A DNA stretch of 63,234 bases, filler included, from an uncultured Thermoplasmatales archaeon (GTDB lineage: Archaea > Thermoplasmatota > E2 > DHVEG-1), in NCBI GenBank assembly GCA_964517155.1. It is 3 parts of 3 records of this genome, joined end to end, with 100 filler letters (N's around TTAATTAATTAA, not from the genome) between each part and the next. Parts side by side here need not be neighbours in the genome. Positions count along the whole stretch, not along the records: positions 22,978 to 53,718 come from CAZFAZ010000019.1; positions 53,819 to 63,234 come from CAZFAZ010000025.1; 1 more part is not named here. One strand, given 5' to 3'. Positions within the stretch are counted from its first letter, which is position 1; each line of letters begins with the position of its first letter. The notes beneath the pieces are model-generated. The model was not told the DNA's origin, made no database searches, and was given only the letters and a program-made list of their open reading frames with translations. Both the position numbers and the translations under genes were made by a program. Shown one piece after another: positions 48,887 through 59,522 of this stretch.

Positions 48887-49819
48887 TTATTTTTTCTTTT
48901 TTCTAAATATTAATAGTGCTATTGCAACTGCTGCAACAACAAGTATTAGTTCAAAACCTGGTTGATTATTGCCTCCATTACCACCTGTGCCAGAGTTATT
49001 AGCTGAAACGTCTATTTCAAAATAATCCATTCCCCAGTTGCCCTGACCATCATAAACATATAGTCTTCCAGTGTATGCCTTTTTGGTTTTAAACTCCTGA
49101 GTTGGGTTTTGACCTTCTATCGCTATGCTTGTGTCATCAATTAACCATAGCCAATTGTAATCAGACGGATCTCCTTCTGAAAGAGTTCCTGACAATTGAA
49201 GTGTTTCACCTACATTTAATTCATAAGAACCACCTGCATCTGGATAAATATTCATCCCAAATGACATATCATTAAAATCATCTGGAATGGCATCAGCATA
49301 AGAAGTAACATCGTCAACCTGTTTAATAGCTAAAGCTCCGATGCTTATTAATTTCTCATTATTTGTCATTAGATTAAACGAGACCGATAAAGTATTTGTA
49401 TCTAATCCTGAAAACGATGTTGGACTTATCATATCTCCTTTTCCACCCATTATCAAAATAGGATCGGTCCCCCCAACTTCACCCAATATATCACTATTGT
49501 ATACTATCATATATACGCCATCTTCATCTGTAGTAACCAGGGTTATCATATAATATACATTTATCGAATTTTCTATTTTTCCATCATCGTGAACTTTGAA
49601 TGTTATTTCTACGTTTTTACCTGTTTGTACACATTTTAATTCATCGATATCAACATTTGGATGACTATAATTCTCAAGCAAGTTTCCTTCAGAATCTTCC
49701 AGGATAACATCATTTATTTCATCATTAATTGTCATCGTCGTATCATATGCATTTACATTTATTGCAGATATAACCAAAGCTGCTAGAATTAGGATAGCTA
49801 TTGCTGTTTTTTTAATCAT
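48887..49819 (-). CDS. Secreted PKD-domain protein with PGF-CTERM sorting signal
   Basis: Signal peptide; DAGGSY...YNWLW...PTQEF PKD pattern; QPGFE plus TM plus RKKKK. Confidence 0.85.
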   Translation of the reverse strand: MIKKTAIAILILAALVISAINVNAYDTTMTINDEINDVILEDSEGNLLENYSHPNVDIDELKCVQTGKNVEITFKVHDDGKIENSINVYYMITLVTTDEDGVYMIVYNSDILGEVGGTDPILIMGGKGDMISPTSFSGLDTNTLSVSFNLMTNNEKLISIGALAIKQVDDVTSYADAIPDDFNDMSFGMNIYPDAGGSYELNVGETLQLSGTLSEGDPSDYNWLWLIDDTSIAIEGQNPTQEFKTKKAYTGRLYVYDGQGNWGMDYFEIDVSANNSGTGGNGGNNQPGFELILVVAAVAIALLIFRKKKK

Positions 49820-49945
49820 TTTTTATCTACCTCATATATTTTTTTGTTTTTTTGCAAATAGGTATCTTATTTATAATGTTTGTTTATAATCTTTGATATT
49901 TTAAGCTAAGAAAAGTTTTCTTTAAGTAAAATCTTATAGATATTT

Positions 49946-50266
49946 TTATTTTAATTGTTTTTTTAGACTTTCAACCTTTGTTGTAAAATCATCAAGGGTT
50001 GATTCAAGTGTCCCCATTGCTTCATGTATTTTTTCTGTTACAATTGCCCCTTGTTGAGATGGCTCGATTATCCCATTTTTTTCAAGTGTTCTAAGTGAAT
50101 AACGTATCATATGTTGTGGTTGACCGGTCATCTGTGATAATTTAATTATTCCTATTGGGCCGTGCTCTTTTACCGTAGTCATAACTTCTAGATGTCTTGA
50201 GAGCAACTCTAATTCTTTTTCTGCTACGCAGGTGATTCCAGCTCGTTCTTTATTTTTTTCTTCCAT
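49946..50266 (-). CDS. Small winged-HTH protein
   Basis: GPIGIIKLS...HMIRYSLRTLE...GIIEPSQQGA; GGAGG SD before ATG 50266. Confidence 0.75.
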   Translation of the reverse strand: MEEKNKERAGITCVAEKELELLSRHLEVMTTVKEHGPIGIIKLSQMTGQPQHMIRYSLRTLEKNGIIEPSQQGAIVTEKIHEAMGTLESTLDDFTTKVESLKKQLK

Positions 50267-50398
50267 GACAAATAACCTCCTGTTAATTGTTAACATCATT
50301 CATTATATATTTAAGCTTTTTTGTGCAGAGCGGCTTCCGTTCAAAAAAACCTTACAAAACAAAAAAATATAATACACACAACCAACATTCATGTATTC

Positions 50399-50647
50399 AT
50401 GGCAATAGGATTCGCATTATTATCAATAAGCCCGTTAAATGAAAAAAGTGTTTATGCTGCTTTAAAAAATGTACCAGAAATAACTGAAATACATCCTCTC
50501 TTTGGAGAATATGATATTTTAATAAAAATTGAATGCAGTGATATCGATCGTATCGGTGAAGTAGTTATACAAAAAGTTAGAGCATTAAAAGGAGTAGTTG
50601 ACTCAAAAACACTTATTGGTACAAAGAGCCTTTCTGGAGAATATTAA
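50399..50647 (+). CDS. Lrp/AsnC ligand-binding-domain protein
   Basis: MAIGFALL...EIHPLFGEYDILIKI...GVVDSKTL. Confidence 0.88.
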   Translation: MAIGFALLSISPLNEKSVYAALKNVPEITEIHPLFGEYDILIKIECSDIDRIGEVVIQKVRALKGVVDSKTLIGTKSLSGEY

Positions 50648-51003
50648 AAAAAACTATTTTTTCTTTTTTCTATTTATTCGGGCAAGATATCTAAATCTTT
50701 CTGCTACTATTACGACTTGAGCTACAAATATTGCTTCGTCTCGCTCTTCTTCGCTGCTTACTTCCCCTACAATTAACATATTTTCATATTTCCTTTTTTC
50801 ATGTTAATAGTTAACAATGTTCACAATTATATATTTGTAGTTAATTAATATATATAACTTTCTATTTTTTATAACAAATAAAATTATTTGAAAAAACTTG
50901 TCAGGTATAGATTTTAATATTTTTCTTTTCCACCTAGCGCACATTTTTAGCAAAAAAAATACAAAAATTTAATTCTAACAATGTTATAAGCATTTTTTAC
51001 ATA

Positions 51004-51954
51004 ATGAAAAAAATCAATTTCAGTAAAATTAGTAAACTAGTCCCAATTCTAGGGCTTATTGTCTTTATTTATATAATACTAGATATAGGTATTTATGATA
51101 TTATTAGCGCTTTTTTGAAAATACCTATTTTATATTTCTTGCTTGCATCCCTTTTTACAATTCCTCGCTTAATACTTTATATTATAAAATGGAAATATAT
51201 ATGCGATAAGCAAAAATTTGATTTGAAAATTTCTTTCATATCAAAAACTTTTCTAATTACCTTTTTTTATGCAACTATCACCCCTGGTGCAATAGGATTT
51301 CACCTTAGGGCATATTATGTTAAAAGAAAAAGCAACGCAACACTTGGAAAATGTCTCGCTAATTCTTTTATAGATCATCAAATCGGTTATATTGCAGGCA
51401 TTTTTCTTGCATTAATAGGATCAATTATTATTTTTGATAAAATACCTAGTATTTTTCCCATAATTCTTGCCTTTTTTATTTTGCATGCTGGTATTTTTAT
51501 TGTTCTCATAAGGAAAAAAAGAGGGAAAATAATCAGCCGTTTTTTAATAAAACCAATCATACCTAAAAGATACCGGGAAAGTTTTGATAATTCAGTCGAT
51601 TCTCTCTATGAAGATATACTGCCCCTTCGTAATACGATCTTGCCGTTTATAATAGAATTAGGCATTTTTTTTATAGCTGGTTTGCAGGTTTATATTATCT
51701 CTATTGCTTTTGGTGTTAATATACCGTTTTACCTGATTATTCTTATAAGTATTATATCCACTATTTTTGTAGGAATTATCCCCATATCTATCGGTGGTTT
51801 AGGCGTAAGAGAAGGAGCTTTTGTTTTTATTATGCAAGCTTTTGGCGTAGAACCCGGTATTGCTTTTGTAATTTCACTAGGTGGCTTTATTGTTAAAACT
51901 TTAATCCCCAGCATAATTGGATTGATACTTTCAATAACATATAATGAAGCTTAG
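51004..51954 (+). CDS. Lysylphosphatidylglycerol-synthase TM / flippase-like protein (UPF0104)
   Basis: KW, ITPGAIG, PISIGGLGVRE motifs; polytopic. Confidence 0.85.
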   Translation: MKKINFSKISKLVPILGLIVFIYIILDIGIYDIISAFLKIPILYFLLASLFTIPRLILYIIKWKYICDKQKFDLKISFISKTFLITFFYATITPGAIGFHLRAYYVKRKSNATLGKCLANSFIDHQIGYIAGIFLALIGSIIIFDKIPSIFPIILAFFILHAGIFIVLIRKKRGKIISRFLIKPIIPKRYRESFDNSVDSLYEDILPLRNTILPFIIELGIFFIAGLQVYIISIAFGVNIPFYLIILISIISTIFVGIIPISIGGLGVREGAFVFIMQAFGVEPGIAFVISLGGFIVKTLIPSIIGLILSITYNEA

Positions 51955-51960
51955 TTATAA

Positions 51961-53376
51961 TTAATTTTTAGAGAGATTTTCTTCCACTATTTTAAAACCT
52001 GTTTCTGATTTAACTTTTGAAATTACTAAAGGCAATGGTTTATTTTTTGGTGATTTTATTTCTTTTACCTCTTTAACTGTTATCTTTACATTATGGCCAC
52101 ATTTCTTTTTATAAGATTCTTCAATTTTCTTAAAAATAAAATCAACAGAAGGCCCAACATCTCTTAAATCGTTATCAATAACTATTAAAATCTCTATATC
52201 ATCAATTTTATTTTGAATTGTTTGAAACTGAATAATTTTAGAGGTTTTAAGATCATTAAGTACAAGAGAAACCGATTCAAAAGAAGCAGCTGGATAAACC
52301 CGTCCATCTGGTAAAAATATTTGTGCACTAACCCGCCCCTCAACTCCATTTTTAATTATCGGAGTACATAAGCCACATCTACAATTGTAGTATGATGATA
52401 AAGTAACCCAGTCATCCATGCCAGAATATCTGATGATGGGAGTACCTTTACCAAATAGCCGAGTAATTATTACATGGCCTCTTACACCTGGTTTAACTAA
52501 TCGCATATTTTCATCTACTGATTCTAAATGATAAAAATCATGATTTACATGCCAGGTTCCCTCAAAACATTCAAAAGCTATATCACCCGCACCTTCGACA
52601 GATTGATACAGGTTAATTATCTTGCAATCAAATGCTTCTTCAACATACTTTTTAGTGTAACCATCTAAGCTATAACCGCCTGAAAAAATAAACCTAGGTG
52701 CAATATTATTACCATATCCTTTCTTTTTAAAATAAGCTAACTGTTGAAGAGTAACTGGATAAGATAATATGATATCTGGTTTAAAATCATTTAATTTTTT
52801 AACGATGTTTCTCAAAGGGTCAAAAGCATTCAATGATAAATTATAATCGGCCTTTCTGGCAAATCGAGTATGCTGTAAAATAGCATCATTAAAAACATGG
52901 TCGATTCTTCCGCCAGCATATGTTCCAATAGCTGAAAATCGTATTTTCCGAGGATTAAAATTGTAAATAATGCCTTCTCTTGCACTAAAAAGTAATGTAT
53001 TTGATAAAGTATTAAAATCAAAATATAATGAGACAGGCTTGCCAGAAGAGCCACCAGTAGTAGCAATAAATCCTTTTTCTTTTTTGTAATTTATAGGAAT
53101 AATTCCATTTGGGAAGTTATCGATAAGTTCCTTTTTTGAGATAAAAGGGAGTTTGACAACATCATCAACCTGCTTAATATCATCTGGATGGACATGTGCC
53201 TCTTTATATTTTTTATTATAAACTGGGACGGTATAAGCATATTTAACAACTTTTCTAAAAGCCTTATCCCTATATTTTTTAATCTGATTATAATTACATC
53301 TTTTTAATCTACCTGGGTTAAAGATATAGTTTTTTAAAAATGGTAAACCAGTTATAGGATTAAGAAAGGGATTCAT
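51961..53376 (-). CDS. Phenylacetate-CoA ligase / CapK-like adenylate-forming enzyme
   Basis: LPFISK, TTGGSSGKP, YQSVE, PIIRY, EGR. Confidence 0.85.
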   Translation of the reverse strand: MNPFLNPITGLPFLKNYIFNPGRLKRCNYNQIKKYRDKAFRKVVKYAYTVPVYNKKYKEAHVHPDDIKQVDDVVKLPFISKKELIDNFPNGIIPINYKKEKGFIATTGGSSGKPVSLYFDFNTLSNTLLFSAREGIIYNFNPRKIRFSAIGTYAGGRIDHVFNDAILQHTRFARKADYNLSLNAFDPLRNIVKKLNDFKPDIILSYPVTLQQLAYFKKKGYGNNIAPRFIFSGGYSLDGYTKKYVEEAFDCKIINLYQSVEGAGDIAFECFEGTWHVNHDFYHLESVDENMRLVKPGVRGHVIITRLFGKGTPIIRYSGMDDWVTLSSYYNCRCGLCTPIIKNGVEGRVSAQIFLPDGRVYPAASFESVSLVLNDLKTSKIIQFQTIQNKIDDIEILIVIDNDLRDVGPSVDFIFKKIEESYKKKCGHNVKITVKEVKEIKSPKNKPLPLVISKVKSETGFKIVEENLSKN

Positions 53377-53445
53377 AAGATAAAAACTTATAATACTTAA
53401 ATGTTAATATAATTTATTGAATCACAGCAAAACGATGATGGTGGT

Positions 53446-53634
53446 ATTATTAAGATTAAAACAAAGCTTGATGATAAATACATAGAAAAAATTAAAAACA
53501 TTGATTTTCAGCCTATTTTCATAATGGGCCTTCATCGCTCAGGAACAAGCATACTGTATAAAATGCTAGGTGAAACAGGTAATTTTACTATATTTACAAT
53601 ATATCATATTTTAGAGTATGGCTTCATCCCGTAA
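53446..53634 (+). pseudogene. Sulfotransferase N-terminal part, interrupted by an IS end (start approximate)
   Basis: QPIFIMGLHRSGTSILYKML PAPS-binding loop; the frame stops (GFIP*) just after 53620. Confidence 0.7.
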
Positions 53635-53718
53635 TTAGTAGTTCAATTGCTTGTTTTTGACTTTGTATTGCATCAAAATCATGTTTTCAATCGTTGGTTT
53701 AGCAATGAATGCTGATGT
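53620..53718 (-). mobile_element. Probable IS terminus with the C-terminus of an ORF, cut by the gap
   Basis: Begins GGCTT like the other IS end; minus-strand frame ...AKPTIENMILMQYKVKNKQLNY* ends just inside; contig breaks here. Confidence 0.45.
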
Positions 53719-53818
53719 NNNNNNNNNNNNNNNNNNNNNNNNNNNNNNNNNNNNNNNNNNNNTTAATTAATTAANNNNNNNNNNNNNNNNNNNNNNNNNN
53801 NNNNNNNNNNNNNNNNNN
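53719..53818. other. Assembly gap with artificial linker
   Basis: N-run containing TTAATTAATTAA at 53763-53774. Confidence 0.95.
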
Positions 53819-53819
53819 G

Positions 53820-56800
53820 ATATATGAACGTGTCCCTACTTTTAATTTTGAGGTTGTGCCTTATCATACTTATAATGTGGTTTGGGGTGATATGGCAAAG
53901 TCTCTTGTTCATAATGACGGCCACCACGACCAAGTTGAAGAAATTGGTGGTCAAGTTGGTGGCGATTCGGTACCTAATCCAGGGCAGCAAGGTGCTGAGT
54001 CGGGTAATAGTGATGATTATATTATGACTAAAACTATGTTGACGGAGGCTCTGGCGACGCCTGTTCCTGAAGCAAGTCCTGAAATTGCTAATGCAGGTAT
54101 GCCTTTAGACATTGAGGATATAACAACTGCTGAAACGTTTCATATGGCTCCTAAGGTTTTTGGAACTGAATCTTTTTCAGTTACAGCTAATGCAATGGGA
54201 ACATATGATCTTCAGTTTGAGGGTGTTACTGTTGCAGAGAGTTTAAACGCTGAGCAGGTTAGAGCTGCAGCATTAAACCATGTTTCTTCATCCTATGGTG
54301 GCAGTGATTCTTCTCCAGGTTCTTCTTCATCTGAAAGTTCAAGTTCTGAGTCAACACCAACTATTTATAGTTTATATGATGGTGGAATCAATATAGATTT
54401 CAGCTCTTATGATCTACCTGTTTCTGGTACTCCACTTGGTGTTCCTGTTGAATTTGATGGTACAGGTAGCATGGAAGTTAGCACTCATGGTTTATCTGCG
54501 GATACAAGAATTTTTGTCGTAGATAAATATTTTCCAGAGTTAAAACCGTGGCTTGGTCCAAATCCAATTATTCCTATTCCAAATATTATACCTATAAGTA
54601 CTCCAAATTCAGCAAATCCAATTGATAACGAACCTGTGAATACAGATACAAATACTATTGATACGAATCCTGTGAATACAGATACAAATACTGGTACAGG
54701 TACAACGACCTCTTACCATTTTGGTTTATTAAAAGATTTGATGCTTTTTAACACTCCAGAATTAAACTCTGAGGATAGAAATGATGATGGTTCTATAATT
54801 AATGATAATCAAGATGATAACCCGTGGGATACTACAAATCCTCTGGATAACAATGAAAGTGAAGACACAGAAGCTCCACAGATCCCAGGATTAGGCTGTA
54901 CTCATCCAAGTGCTATAACAACTGTTGCTACTAATGAAGATGGATATCATGCTTGGTCTGGATATTACCAGGTTAAAGATATTTCAAGATATGATATAAT
55001 TGAAATCTATAATTCTGAAACTCAAGAGATGGATACAACAGTTGTAGCAGATGTCATAAAACATGTCACGCCTGAAGAATATGTGTCTATCAGTATTTCT
55101 TCACAAGGATATATCCAGCAGGATATTCAGAGTAGTCAAGAATTTCTAGATGCATTACAACAATACAAGGACTGCATAAATAGTAATTTTGGTAATACAC
55201 TTCAAGCTGCTTATCATTTTTCTCAAGATGCGGAATATGATATTATTTATCCTGATATTTTTGGTGAACATATTCTAGTAATTGGACCAGAACAATTGGT
55301 TTATACATCTGAAGGTTTCAAAAGAGCAGATGATATAAAAGTTGGAGATATGGTTTTTACTGAAGAAGGTTTTAAACAAGTTACTCTTGCTGAAACAAAT
55401 CAGGGTGTTATTACAACTTATTCAATTTTAACCGATTTACATCTTGAAAGACCCAGTTTATTAGATCAACTTAACGCAGATTCTAAAGGTGGCGGTGGAT
55501 CAGCACCAAGTGATGATGATGACGGTGATGATGACGGTGATGGTGGTGGCGATGGTGACGAATCAGAGACAAATATTTGGAGTGGTCTATACAATGGTTA
55601 TTTTGAATCAGCAATCAATAGAGATGCAGGTGAAGGAGTAAATGAAGAATCAGTTGGATCTGCAGAGAAATCAATAGATTCTGTGAGACAAAGAGCCACT
55701 GATATTTATTTCGCAGATGGCATACTTGTTGGAGGAAATAAGACCTGTGTTCTTGATGAAAGTAGTTTTGTAAACAAACCTGCTGCGGATAAAAGCATCG
55801 GGGGCGGTTTTACAAAGGGTACAATGATAAAAATGGCTGATGGCACCTATAAAGATATCAGTATGGTTTCTGAGGGTGATCAGATTAAAGCATATGATAC
55901 TACAAGTGATACATTGGTTGATTCATCTGTTACAGTAGTTGAGCATTATAAAAAGTCAGTGTTTATGTCTCTTCTTGAAAAACATGGATGTAATAGCGGT
56001 TATCTTGTTGTTGATTTAGCAGGTGTTGAAGTTGATTCAACTGTATATAATGGCGAAATTGGTACTTTCCAGGATTCACTTGTTCAAACAGATGAAAAAT
56101 ATGAACTGAATTTAACTTATGATCAGCAGGTATATGTTTTAGAAAACCCTGCGCAGGGTATTAATAAAGAAAATATTGTTGTTATACCGGCGGTTGAATT
56201 GAGTTATGGTTATGTTTTGATTACAAGTAACGGTGGTTTGGCATATGTACTTGGTGTAAGCAGTGTTTCAGAGCCTGTTGATATTTACAGCATACAAGTG
56301 AAGGATTATCGTAATTATTTCGCAGATGATATTTTAGTAATTGGTAGTAGATTTAGTGGCACCGAATTGTCTTCCCAGGAAATTAATGATGAGGACGATG
56401 ATACTCCTTCTGGTGGTGATTCTGTTGAGGTTGGAGATGGTATACAGCTTAGCTCTTATGATACTTCATACTTTGGTTACTATGATTCAGTTGATTACGG
56501 TTTGTTTTTCAAGGAGAACCCCATGATTAGCCACCTTCATGTTTCAAGTATTATAGAAAATTTTATTTTAAAACTTGTTGAGAAGTTCCCAGTTCTTGAA
56601 AAAATATCTTTTATACAAAAAATAATTGGAGATAGAGCTTCTCAGGATGATGCTGCTGAAGATTCTGATGTTGATAAAGAAGTTGAAGATGTTGAGGACA
56701 TAGTTGATCCTACTGAGCAGGATAATACTGGCGTGCAGGATACGGTGGATAATACGGAAATAGCAGATGATACATATTTAGGTTCAAATGTTGAAAGCCT

Positions 56801-57146
56801 TAGTCAAATAGCTGAAATTGCAGATATTATCGTTTCTAATCCAGATGTTCTTGTTCATTATGTATGGAAAGTTGGTGACAGTTTTATTTATGGTCAAAAA
56901 CCTACGCATGTTTTTAAGTTTGAATCAGATTCTAATGCTGATGATGACGGTCAGATAAGTTATAATGATCGGCAAGTTTCAGTGGTTTTATATATGTTTA
57001 GCAGTAATGTCCATCTGATAGATCAGGATCATACAGTTCTTACTTTTGAGGATGTTCCTTCTAATCTTGAGATTGTATTTGAGACAGATAATTATCTAGG
57101 AATATTATCTCAAAGTGAATCTTCTTTTGATTCTTCTTATTTTTAA
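53820..57146 (+). CDS. Giant acidic protein (5' partial) with two degenerate Hint domains and PKD-like segments
   Basis: Frame open from the gap; CTHPS...KVGDMV...YFADGILV and GFTKGTMIKMADG..EGDQI...NYFADDILV; PVEFDGTGS and YVWKVGD...PTHVF. Confidence 0.75.
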   Translation: MYERVPTFNFEVVPYHTYNVVWGDMAKSLVHNDGHHDQVEEIGGQVGGDSVPNPGQQGAESGNSDDYIMTKTMLTEALATPVPEASPEIANAGMPLDIEDITTAETFHMAPKVFGTESFSVTANAMGTYDLQFEGVTVAESLNAEQVRAAALNHVSSSYGGSDSSPGSSSSESSSSESTPTIYSLYDGGINIDFSSYDLPVSGTPLGVPVEFDGTGSMEVSTHGLSADTRIFVVDKYFPELKPWLGPNPIIPIPNIIPISTPNSANPIDNEPVNTDTNTIDTNPVNTDTNTGTGTTTSYHFGLLKDLMLFNTPELNSEDRNDDGSIINDNQDDNPWDTTNPLDNNESEDTEAPQIPGLGCTHPSAITTVATNEDGYHAWSGYYQVKDISRYDIIEIYNSETQEMDTTVVADVIKHVTPEEYVSISISSQGYIQQDIQSSQEFLDALQQYKDCINSNFGNTLQAAYHFSQDAEYDIIYPDIFGEHILVIGPEQLVYTSEGFKRADDIKVGDMVFTEEGFKQVTLAETNQGVITTYSILTDLHLERPSLLDQLNADSKGGGGSAPSDDDDGDDDGDGGGDGDESETNIWSGLYNGYFESAINRDAGEGVNEESVGSAEKSIDSVRQRATDIYFADGILVGGNKTCVLDESSFVNKPAADKSIGGGFTKGTMIKMADGTYKDISMVSEGDQIKAYDTTSDTLVDSSVTVVEHYKKSVFMSLLEKHGCNSGYLVVDLAGVEVDSTVYNGEIGTFQDSLVQTDEKYELNLTYDQQVYVLENPAQGINKENIVVIPAVELSYGYVLITSNGGLAYVLGVSSVSEPVDIYSIQVKDYRNYFADDILVIGSRFSGTELSSQEINDEDDDTPSGGDSVEVGDGIQLSSYDTSYFGYYDSVDYGLFFKENPMISHLHVSSIIENFILKLVEKFPVLEKISFIQKIIGDRASQDDAAEDSDVDKEVEDVEDIVDPTEQDNTGVQDTVDNTEIADDTYLGSNVESLSQIAEIADIIVSNPDVLVHYVWKVGDSFIYGQKPTHVFKFESDSNADDDGQISYNDRQVSVVLYMFSSNVHLIDQDHTVLTFEDVPSNLEIVFETDNYLGILSQSESSFDSSYF

Positions 57147-57287
57147 TATAAATATCATTTAGAAAATGTGTGTGTGGGGGAAATTTTCTTTTTTATTTGA
57201 ATAACAAATTATGATATATCTCTGAAGGATAACATAAAACAAGCAATAAAATATAACAAATACAATAACATAACGTTGATACATAAA

Positions 57288-57752
57288 ATGAAAAAAGCAA
57301 CATTTGCGGCAGGATGTTTTTGGGGAGTTGAAGCTGCTTTTAAAAAAATAAAAGGTGTGAAGGATACAAAAGTAGGATATACTGGAGGAAATACTAAAAC
57401 TCCAAGTTATGAACAAGTATGTACCGGTAAAACCGGTCATGCTGAAGCAGTACAAATACTGTATAACCCTGAAGAGATAAACTATAAAGAGTTATTGGAT
57501 GTGTTTTGGAATATACATGATCCAACACAGCTAAATAGACAGGGTGTCGATGTTGGTACACAATACCGCTCTGCAATATTTTATCACAACTTGGAGCAGA
57601 AAAAAATTGCTGAAGAATCAAGAAAAGAGCAGCAACAAAAATATGATAAAATGATCGTTACTGAAATAAGTCCTATGAACGACTTCTATCCTGCAGAGGA
57701 ATATCATCAGAAATATTTTGAAAAAAATAAATCTGATTCTTGTAGGATTTAG
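57288..57752 (+). CDS. msrA: Peptide-methionine (S)-S-oxide reductase
   Basis: AAGCFWGVE, GHAEAVQ, QYRSAIF, AEEYHQKY. Confidence 0.97.
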   Translation: MKKATFAAGCFWGVEAAFKKIKGVKDTKVGYTGGNTKTPSYEQVCTGKTGHAEAVQILYNPEEINYKELLDVFWNIHDPTQLNRQGVDVGTQYRSAIFYHNLEQKKIAEESRKEQQQKYDKMIVTEISPMNDFYPAEEYHQKYFEKNKSDSCRI

Positions 57753-57763
57753 TTTTTTTTATG

Positions 57764-58984
57764 TTATTTTAGATTATAAAGATTTATTTGGGAAAATCCA
57801 AATAACTCTAATAAACTATTGATTTTTTGTATAATAAATTCTATCAATTGTAGCAATAGCTCATTTATTCCAGTAATAAGAAATGGCCAGTATATTTTCC
57901 CTCCTGAAACTACGTACGAAAACTTAGTTGGAGTTTGTTTTAAAATCTCGCCGTCTTTTGAAATAGTGATTGTACAGCTATGCAATCCATAAATGTTGTT
58001 AGGTGGAATTGAATCATTAGAATCATCAGATGTGTTAACTTTGAATTCGTAATATCCATTGCTATCTGTTGTGGTTTCTACTCCTTTGCATGTAACATTT
58101 GCACCCACTATTGGCTGTCCTAGTAAATTGGTGGCAGTCCCCTTTATAGTTATCTGTTCATTCCAGGGCTCCTCGTTAGCTATCCAGCCTAAGAAATCTG
58201 ATATATCAGATACATAATTTTGGAAAGGTTTGAAAAGATTTCCCAGTACAGACAATATGTCTCCTAAGGTTTGTGTTATAGCGTATAAATCACTGGTAAA
58301 TGTACCTGTAAATTCCTGTATTTTAAGCGAAAAACCTTCTAATTCTAAATTAAATAAATCTTTAACTGACTCTGAGAAATAGTATACAGGAATGTATACG
58401 ACTGAATTAACAGCAGCTGTAAATAAAATAGCAATATTTACATCTTGAATACGATTTATAAAATCTTTAGCCAGATCAACTCCCTCGACAAAAAGGCTTC
58501 CACCTTGATAAAACAATTCATATAACCAACCCAGCCTATTTTTTATGAGGTTTATTATCTCGTTTATCAATTTTCCAAGTGGTCTTGCTGAAAAATTCCA
58601 GCGGTCATTAATTAATTGATTCAGCTTTGATTTTGTGTCTACTTCTGCAAGTTCACTCTCTGATATAATCTTATAATAACTATGCTCTTTGACGGCTTGT
58701 ATTAGATTATTCATATTTATTTTGTAATGTTTTTCTTCAGAGTCATAAATAGTAACATTTTTTACAATATTTATTGCTTCTTGTTTAACTTCTCCTTGAA
58801 AACTAGCTTGAATAAATGTATCTAATTTTGCATACTGTGCCTGAGTTATAAATAGTTCAGGTGAATCTTTATCTTTTTCAGATATGTTTTCTATGCTGTA
58901 AACATCAGTGGATATAACCGCAGTATTAACTGGAAGTGTTAATAGAATTGCTGCTAAAAAAAATACAACAAATATTTTTTTCAT
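57764..58984 (-). CDS. Secreted hypothetical protein with carboxypeptidase-regulatory-like domain
   Basis: Signal peptide; GQPIVGANVT...TTDSNGYYEF. Confidence 0.7.
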   Translation of the reverse strand: MKKIFVVFFLAAILLTLPVNTAVISTDVYSIENISEKDKDSPELFITQAQYAKLDTFIQASFQGEVKQEAINIVKNVTIYDSEEKHYKINMNNLIQAVKEHSYYKIISESELAEVDTKSKLNQLINDRWNFSARPLGKLINEIINLIKNRLGWLYELFYQGGSLFVEGVDLAKDFINRIQDVNIAILFTAAVNSVVYIPVYYFSESVKDLFNLELEGFSLKIQEFTGTFTSDLYAITQTLGDILSVLGNLFKPFQNYVSDISDFLGWIANEEPWNEQITIKGTATNLLGQPIVGANVTCKGVETTTDSNGYYEFKVNTSDDSNDSIPPNNIYGLHSCTITISKDGEILKQTPTKFSYVVSGGKIYWPFLITGINELLLQLIEFIIQKINSLLELFGFSQINLYNLK

Positions 58985-59097
58985 ATGTTTCTTTCATACT
59001 CCCTTACTGTTATAATATTATGTATACAACTACTATATATCATTAGTGTAAAAATGCTTTTTTGCTGAGATATCAATTAGAAAATATTGATTATGCA

Positions 59098-59496
59098 TTA
59101 TTTTTCTTTGAAATCAAGACTTTTAGAATTAATACAAAATCTTTTACCCAGGGGTTTAGGGTCATCTTTGAATACATGACCAAGATGACTATTGCATTTA
59201 CTGCATATAACCTCAGTTCTATTCATACCTAGACTTTTATCTGTTTTTAATTTAACACAGTCTTTTGATAAAACATCTGAGAAACTAGGCCAGCCACTTC
59301 CAGAGTCATACTTTGTCTTAGAAGAAAACAAGGGGTTGCCACAGGCCTTGCAAACATACAAGCCTTTTCTTTTGTTTTTAAGATATTCTCCGCTAAAAGG
59401 CGCTTCAGTTCCTTTTTTTCTTAGGATATAAAACTCTTCCTCTGTAAGTATTTTTCGCCATTCTTCGTCCGTTTTTGCTAGATCTTTTTTTTTCAT
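59098..59496 (-). CDS. msrB: Peptide-methionine (R)-S-oxide reductase
   Basis: GTEAPF, CKAC, SGSGWPSF, HLGHVF, RFCINS. Confidence 0.97.
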   Translation of the reverse strand: MKKKDLAKTDEEWRKILTEEEFYILRKKGTEAPFSGEYLKNKRKGLYVCKACGNPLFSSKTKYDSGSGWPSFSDVLSKDCVKLKTDKSLGMNRTEVICSKCNSHLGHVFKDDPKPLGKRFCINSKSLDFKEK

Positions 59497-59522
59497 AATA
59501 ATCTATAACTTTTCAATATCTT

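Noticed and set aside
54633..54692. 24-bp direct repeat CCTGTGAATACAGATACAAATACT with 36-bp period
   Set aside because: In-frame coding duplication (PVNTDTNT) in a low-complexity linker
54897..56349. Canonical self-splicing inteins
   Set aside because: Block-B His and terminal His-Asn are missing, the second domain lacks Cys1, and there is no homing endonuclease
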